Of a stretch of 64,000 nt of DNA, positions 58,815-64,000 are shown one piece after another; position 1 is the stretch's first letter, and every line of letters begins with the position of its first letter. The translations under genes were made by a program, and so were the position numbers. Source of the DNA: Minisyncoccota bacterium (GTDB taxonomy: Bacteria > Patescibacteriota > Minisyncoccia > UBA6257 > GWB1-50-10). The stretch lies in NCBI GenBank assembly GCA_035573955.1, contig DATLZO010000019.1, forward strand, positions 161-64,160, in the 5' to 3' direction. The notes under the pieces were generated by a model. That model was not told the origin of the DNA. It ran no database searches and saw nothing but the letters and a program-made list of their open reading frames with translations.

Positions 58815-59329
58815 TTCACGTAAAAGCGATAATGCTTGTTTGACCATACGGGTCCAGCGTAATCAACGCCGACACGTTTGGACCTTCCGATTTTGGATTT
58901 GGGGATTTTCACGCCCTTATCCTCTATCCAAAGGCCGGTTTTGCGGTTGGCCATAAGGCCGTTGAATTTCAAATCGATTCCGAAGGATTTTGTGACCCTG
59001 CCAGGCCCGCTAACGCCTTTCACTCCCCTTATAAGGACCGCGGCCGGGAAACCTTTCTTACCGGTTACGACGTTTAGCATCCAGTGCATACCGTAGGTAA
59101 AATAAACATACCAGTAGCCGGCCGGGCCAAACATAACAATATTCCTCGGGGTTATGCCCTTGTGGGCATGCGAGGCTGCATCTTTCGGTCCGTCATAAGC
59201 CTCCGTCTCGGTTATCATCGCGCGGATAGTTTTGCCGCGGATTCTGCGGCAGAGATATTTACCCAAGAGTAATTTAGCCACCGCAACAGTTTGGTGTTCA
59301 AAAAACTTCGCGTTTAAAACTTTGGACAT
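58811..59329 (-). CDS. 3-methyladenine DNA glycosylase (Mpg/AAG)
   Basis: ETEAY, YVYFTYGMH, AVLIR, GPG. Confidence 0.93.
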   Translation of the reverse strand: MSKVLNAKFFEHQTVAVAKLLLGKYLCRRIRGKTIRAMITETEAYDGPKDAASHAHKGITPRNIVMFGPAGYWYVYFTYGMHWMLNVVTGKKGFPAAVLIRGVKGVSGPGRVTKSFGIDLKFNGLMANRKTGLWIEDKGVKIPKSKIGRSKRVGVDYAGPVWSNKHYRFYVK

Positions 59330-59395
59330 GATTAAAATTTAATTGACGGACAATAACATAAAAAGTTTCAGGCGCTATAATTGATTATAGCGCTA

Positions 59396-59752
59396 TCATA
59401 ATAGAGCTCGCACCTCCTCGATTATTTCTTTCGGGACTGGATTGCGTTCTGGGCTTTTACCCGGGTAGCGCCAGGCCGTTATCACTTTAATTGTTTTTTG
59501 TTTGGGATTTGGAACTTGTGGTTTGGAATTTGCTCGCTTGGCGAGCTTGTACATCACCCAGATTTCCTGATATCTTTTCGTGCCGGCCGGTTGCATCACT
59601 GCGACGGTATCCGGCACTATCCCCTCCTCTGTCCTTTTGGGAAACCTTATTATTCTCTTCACTCGTCCTTCCGAGATGCCGTAATACTGCATCTTCATGA
59701 ACGAGTGCGCCGTCCAGGAATACCGCGCGTCGTTCTTGAGCTTTTTCAGCAT
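59396..59752 (-). CDS. DUF4258/BrnT-like small protein
   Basis: WTAH..M..YGIS, KVITAW pattern. Confidence 0.55.
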   Translation of the reverse strand: MLKKLKNDARYSWTAHSFMKMQYYGISEGRVKRIIRFPKRTEEGIVPDTVAVMQPAGTKRYQEIWVMYKLAKRANSKPQVPNPKQKTIKVITAWRYPGKSPERNPVPKEIIEEVRALL

Positions 59753-59755
59753 CGT

Positions 59756-60364
59756 CTATTGTCTTTCGTAGAGTCCGATGAGCAGACCCTCAGCGAGGAC
59801 ATGGCCTTCCATTGCTTTTAAGAGCGCGGACTTAGGTTCGCCTTCCGCGAGATTAAGGACGGTGTCCAAGGCATATACCCTGAACATGTAGCGGTGGGGT
59901 TTTGAGCCCCGCGGCGGACAGGGGCCTCCGTAGCGGGCACTGCCAAAACTTGTCCTTCCCTGAACGGCGCCGGAAGGAACGTTATCTTCCTCGATGTAGT
60001 TTGTCTGAGGGTCAATATTCCAGAGAAGCCAGTGGTCCCATGTGACGCCGCCCGTCGCGTCCGGATCTTCCATGACGAGCGCGAGGCTTTTCGCTTCTTT
60101 CGGGACATTCAGAATTTCTATCAGAGGATTGACGTTATCGCCGTCGCAGGTGTACTTCGGCGGAATGCTGTCATTATTCTTAAAAGCCGAGCTTTTTATA
60201 GTGAGTTTTTCCATTTCTTTTTGGAGGGTGATCCCATTTTCTTGCTTTGTTTGATCTGGTGTTTCCGTCATCGCCGGTTCTTTGTCCTGAAAAATAAATA
60301 GGAAGAAACCGATTATGACGAAGAGAACGACAAATGTTACTATGAGCGGCTTTAGTTCCTCCAT
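59756..60364 (-). CDS. YbhB/YbcL (PEBP) protein with TM anchor
   Basis: EDPDA, DHW, YGGPCPP, HRY.F..YALD. Confidence 0.92.
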   Translation of the reverse strand: MEELKPLIVTFVVLFVIIGFFLFIFQDKEPAMTETPDQTKQENGITLQKEMEKLTIKSSAFKNNDSIPPKYTCDGDNVNPLIEILNVPKEAKSLALVMEDPDATGGVTWDHWLLWNIDPQTNYIEEDNVPSGAVQGRTSFGSARYGGPCPPRGSKPHRYMFRVYALDTVLNLAEGEPKSALLKAMEGHVLAEGLLIGLYERQ

Positions 60365-60377
60365 TTTAGCGCAAAAA

Positions 60378-61595
60378 TCATCTTTCGGGAAGCAGGGCTC
60401 GCCGGTCGTACATGTTCGACGCGTCCCACAACATGAAACCGTCGAGGAGTTCCGGCGAGGATTTTGCTGCATCGTAGACCGCGCTGATCTGCTTACGAAC
60501 CATCTCCGGCGTGTAGTCCGCGCCGAGATCAAAAGCCTGAAGCCATGGACGAAGCTTAACCGATAAGCGATGGCCGGCGACCGATGACGTGCTGGTTGTC
60601 ATAAGTTTCTGGTTATAGTTTATTAGCCGCGCCAAAGCGCTATCCATTGAATATTTTACCACTTCGTAAGGGTGAGTGGCGGGATTTCCAAGACCGAGAA
60701 AGTTCGGAATGTAATGCGATGGATAGACCATTGGCGCGACGTAGTCAAAGCTTTCGTAGGCGTCTTCTATCACTTGGCCAATGCCGTTATCACCGTAGTC
60801 AATCGTGGCTTGGCCGAAAATGTCGGCCGAAAGTTTCGTGTTGGGGAGTTCCCGGCGTAGATAGTGAAAGAATGCGGCAATAATTTCATGTTTTGGTGTG
60901 GTGCCGTTCCAGAAGGGATACGTCACCACTTCTAGATTGCCGTCCGACGGGAAGCGAATGTAATCTAAGTTTATTTCGTCGAAGCCGTGAGTAAGAACGT
61001 CGCGGATTATAGAAAGATTATAATCCCAGACAATTTTAGAAGCAGGGTCCATCCAATATAGGCCTTTATGGTCTTTCCAAACCTCGCCGGTGCGGGAATC
61101 TTTCACTGCGAGGTCGGGACGGGCTAGCGCCAAACGCGGATCTTGGAAGACGGCGAGGCGGGCAATAGCATAGATTCCCTTGTCGTGAAGCCGGCGGACA
61201 AGCGAATTCACGTCCTCTATCCTCACTTCTTCGGCATCGTATTTTTTCACGTCCTCAACGCCGGTTTTGTAGCCGACGTAACCGGAATAGTCCTTGATGT
61301 CAACGACAAGGGCGTTCAGTTCGGTATTGTCAATGATGTTAATGAGATAATCCAGTTTGGAAGGCGTTCCAGCCGACCAATTAGTGGCGTAGATTGCCTT
61401 AACTGTTTCTGGCGGATTTTTGAGGGGTTGGGGCGGCGGTTCGGGGTTATTGATTCCGATTTCTGCGGCAAGTTTGCCGACCCTTGCGCCCGAGGAGATC
61501 GGGTTTATTTCCAAGTCTTTCCTTGAGGCGAAAAATAAGAAACCAGCCGCCGCGACTGTAGCGGCCATCAATACGGTCGTAACGAACTTGGACAT
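60378..61595 (-). CDS. Putative glycoside hydrolase (DUF4015-like)
   Basis: NALVVDIKD..G, GFDEINLDYIRFP, PMVYPSHY, RPWLQAF. Confidence 0.85.
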   Translation of the reverse strand: MSKFVTTVLMAATVAAAGFLFFASRKDLEINPISSGARVGKLAAEIGINNPEPPPQPLKNPPETVKAIYATNWSAGTPSKLDYLINIIDNTELNALVVDIKDYSGYVGYKTGVEDVKKYDAEEVRIEDVNSLVRRLHDKGIYAIARLAVFQDPRLALARPDLAVKDSRTGEVWKDHKGLYWMDPASKIVWDYNLSIIRDVLTHGFDEINLDYIRFPSDGNLEVVTYPFWNGTTPKHEIIAAFFHYLRRELPNTKLSADIFGQATIDYGDNGIGQVIEDAYESFDYVAPMVYPSHYIPNFLGLGNPATHPYEVVKYSMDSALARLINYNQKLMTTSTSSVAGHRLSVKLRPWLQAFDLGADYTPEMVRKQISAVYDAAKSSPELLDGFMLWDASNMYDRRALLPER

Positions 61596-61624
61596 GTCGC
61601 TCTCATAATATATCATTCTAAGAT

Positions 61625-62728
61625 ATGTTGGCCATTTATCGGAAATACAGGCCGACCACGTTCGACGACGTTATCGGCCAGGAACTCACGGTTTCCACTT
61701 TAAAAGAAGCGGCCCGGCGGGATCGCATTGCTCATGCTTATCTCCTTTCGGGCCCCCGCGGTACAGGCAAGACTACAACCGCGCGTCTCATTGCAAAAAT
61801 CGCGAACTGCGAGAAACGCGAGAAGGATTCATCTTTCAGATCCAAGGGCGAGCCCTGCAACGAATGCACCAGTTGCCGGGATATCAATTCCGGCCGGGCA
61901 ATGGACGTGGTGGAAATAGACGCGGCTTCAAACCGCGGTATAGACGATGTAAGGGGCTTGAAAGAAATAATCGCCACCGTTCCCGGATTTCTCAAGCATA
62001 AAGTCTTCATCATTGACGAGGCGCACATGCTGACTAAAGAAGCCTTCAACGCACTTCTCAAAACTCTCGAAGAACCGCCTCCTTACGTCATTCTCATTCT
62101 CGCGACGACGGAAGCAGAGAAGATTCCGGCAACCATCTCTTCGAGAACGCAGCAGTTCTATTTCAAGCGCGTTCCACTCGACAAGATAGCCGGAAAACTC
62201 GAGAGTATTGCCAAGGAGGAGAATATAAAGATATCGAACGAGGCTATAGAACTTATTGCATCGTCGGCGGAAGGAAGTTTCCGTGACGCCGAGTCGCTCC
62301 TTGATCAATTGAGCTCATTTGGCGACGCGGAAATAAGTTTGGATGATGTTGAAAAGGCACTCGGCAAAATCGGTTTCGACAAACTCTCGGAAATCGCCGA
62401 TTATCTTCTCCGCGGGAAGATTGACGAGTCGCTCGGGGCTATTTCGGCCATCGAAGACGGTGGATTCAATCTTTCCCAGCTCGTTAAGGATCTTATTCAG
62501 TACCTCCGCCGCGCCGCGGTTTTGAAGTACAGCCCAGAAATGAAAGCAGATTTCGAGCGCGAGCTAATGAGCGAACACCTGGAGAAACTTGTGGGCCACG
62601 CCAGAATATTTGGTGACAATCACATTGAGCTCATTAAGGCGCTCATTCGTGCCTACAACGAGATGCGCTACAGTGAATTTCCGATTATTCCTCTCGAAGT
62701 TGCCGTTGTTGAATCTCTGAAGAAATAA
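61625..62728 (+). CDS. dnaX: DNA polymerase III gamma/tau, short form
   Basis: YRKYRP, GPRGTGKTT, IDEAHML, LLKTLEEPP. Confidence 0.96.
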   Translation: MLAIYRKYRPTTFDDVIGQELTVSTLKEAARRDRIAHAYLLSGPRGTGKTTTARLIAKIANCEKREKDSSFRSKGEPCNECTSCRDINSGRAMDVVEIDAASNRGIDDVRGLKEIIATVPGFLKHKVFIIDEAHMLTKEAFNALLKTLEEPPPYVILILATTEAEKIPATISSRTQQFYFKRVPLDKIAGKLESIAKEENIKISNEAIELIASSAEGSFRDAESLLDQLSSFGDAEISLDDVEKALGKIGFDKLSEIADYLLRGKIDESLGAISAIEDGGFNLSQLVKDLIQYLRRAAVLKYSPEMKADFERELMSEHLEKLVGHARIFGDNHIELIKALIRAYNEMRYSEFPIIPLEVAVVESLKK

Positions 62729-62757
62729 AAAAAGAACCCCGTAAGGGGTTCTTTTTT
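62728..62757. terminator. Bidirectional terminator
   Basis: AAAAAAGAACCCC-GTAA-GGGGTTCTTTTTT. Confidence 0.85.
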
Positions 62758-62765
62758 AAGCGCGG

Positions 62766-63215
62766 CTATCGGGAAACTGAGATAGACTCGGAAAGTTCCG
62801 CCGATGGCGCCGTTACCGTTATCCTTCCGGTCGTCGCGTCGCGGGAGACGTTGTAACCCGTGTCGTAGTTCGTGTTGTCGGTATAGTAGGCGGCGGCGTC
62901 TGACGGATCGAAGGGCATTATCGAGATATAGGTCGGCACCAAGCAAGGACCGATATTGTACGTGCTCGATGCGATCCTTGTCGTTGAGGTTGGGATCGCG
63001 CCAGCAGCGCAGCCTGTCTCAAACAATCCCTTGTTGTCGGCCATTCTCTGGCCAATGGCATTTAGTATCGTGTTCACGTTCGACCAGCGCTGGGTGTTCC
63101 TCGCTTGGGCGAACTGGCGCGCAGGATTCAGCGCGATGATGACGACGGCCGCCAATATCGCGATGATGCCAATGACAACGAGAAGTTCGATTAGCGTGAA
63201 GCCTTTTCTGTCCAT
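62766..63215 (-). CDS. Type IV pilin-like protein
   Basis: KG/FTLIELLVVIGII prepilin cleavage motif. Confidence 0.92.
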   Translation of the reverse strand: MDRKGFTLIELLVVIGIIAILAAVVIIALNPARQFAQARNTQRWSNVNTILNAIGQRMADNKGLFETGCAAGAIPTSTTRIASSTYNIGPCLVPTYISIMPFDPSDAAAYYTDNTNYDTGYNVSRDATTGRITVTAPSAELSESISVSR

Positions 63216-63266
63216 TTTTTTCCGTTTTTCCAACGTTCGACCTTGAATGAATTTATTATAGCAAAA

Positions 63267-63704
63267 TCAAAAACCGCTAACTTCCTCCAACGAGAGGTTT
63301 TCTAGAGTGGAACCGTCAACTGTCAATTTCAGATTAGTAGAACGCCCGCCAATGGTCGAGGATGCCTTAATTACTTTGTTTTTACCCTCGGTTTCGATGG
63401 GCAATATCGAACAATCATAGCCGCCTATATTGATGTTCTCGCCTCCGGAGTAGGCGCCGGTTTTCATCCGGAGCTTGGCGTGCTCGAGGCAACCCAAAGC
63501 AACCTCGCGCCCGGCACCTTTCTCCTCGAAACCGGCCGTATCAAACCGCCCGAGATAGTTGGAGCTCGAAAAGACTAAGGCGATCACTATAACGATGGCC
63601 GTGATGATGACAGCCGAAATGACTGCAATATAGCCTTGTATCCCTCGCGACGGCGATTGTTTAACGCGGCAGGACATAGAAAAAGGTTGTTGTCGCGACC
63701 ACAT
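63267..63704 (-). CDS. PilX-like minor pilin (start uncertain)
   Basis: QG/YIAVISAVII hydrophobic N-terminus next to a pilin. Confidence 0.6.
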   Translation of the reverse strand: MWSRQQPFSMSCRVKQSPSRGIQGYIAVISAVIITAIVIVIALVFSSSNYLGRFDTAGFEEKGAGREVALGCLEHAKLRMKTGAYSGGENINIGGYDCSILPIETEGKNKVIKASSTIGGRSTNLKLTVDGSTLENLSLEEVSGF

Positions 63705-64000
63705 TACTGTAAACGGCGCTTCTAAGTGAAAGGTAAACCTTTATTTGGGCTGGCGATGAGGATGCGGAAAAGTGCTCAATTTCGAAAGCCGTAGTTTCCA
63801 CTCGTCCATTTGTGAGCGGAACGGCAGGACCGCCGGCGAGCGAGAGTTTAATTGCGGTTCCATCGAGGGAAACAATTGCCGGACTCATAGTTTGATTCCC
63901 GAGTGTCATTCCGAGCACAGTGCTGGAAGCGTTCTGGGCTGGTGCCGTGACGCCAGTTGAGAGCGACGTAAGCCAGCCAAGCTTCCCTTCCAGAAATTCG
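63661..64000 (-). CDS. 3' part of a probable minor pilin, truncated by the window edge
   Basis: Beta-rich ORF ending in the pilin cluster. Confidence 0.5.
   Translation of the reverse strand, partial: EFLEGKLGWLTSLSTGVTAPAQNASSTVLGMTLGNQTMSPAIVSLDGTAIKLSLAGGPAVPLTNGRVETTAFEIEHFSASSSPAQIKVYLSLRSAVYSNVVATTTFFYVLPR

Overview
Core-genome window of a Patescibacteria (CPR, Parcubacteria-like) bacterium. The assignment is inferred from gene content: rplK without rplA, short EF-Ts, DnaX and SMC, an unlinked 23S-5S unit with insertions, Cys-rich paralogues and type IV pilins. It carries translation, replication, thymidylate and peptidoglycan genes, four tRNAs and RNase P RNA. The 23S rRNA is interrupted by two heptamer-repeat hairpins (helices 25 and 45), a group I intron inside the sarcin-ricin loop with a stop-interrupted LAGLIDADG gene, and a repeat-filled helix 98 insertion. 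The most striking unexplained signal is a set of dispersed micro-elements sitting in frame inside housekeeping proteins and inside rRNA: heptamer arrays, a 24-bp palindrome, a CTTCGACAAGCTCAGG-like motif and REP-like doublets. Also notable are a hinge-less SMC, widespread leaderless-type promoters, a tiny ORF in the 23S leader, and two candidate ncRNAs. Coordinates not in the ORF track were read by eye and may be off by a few bases.
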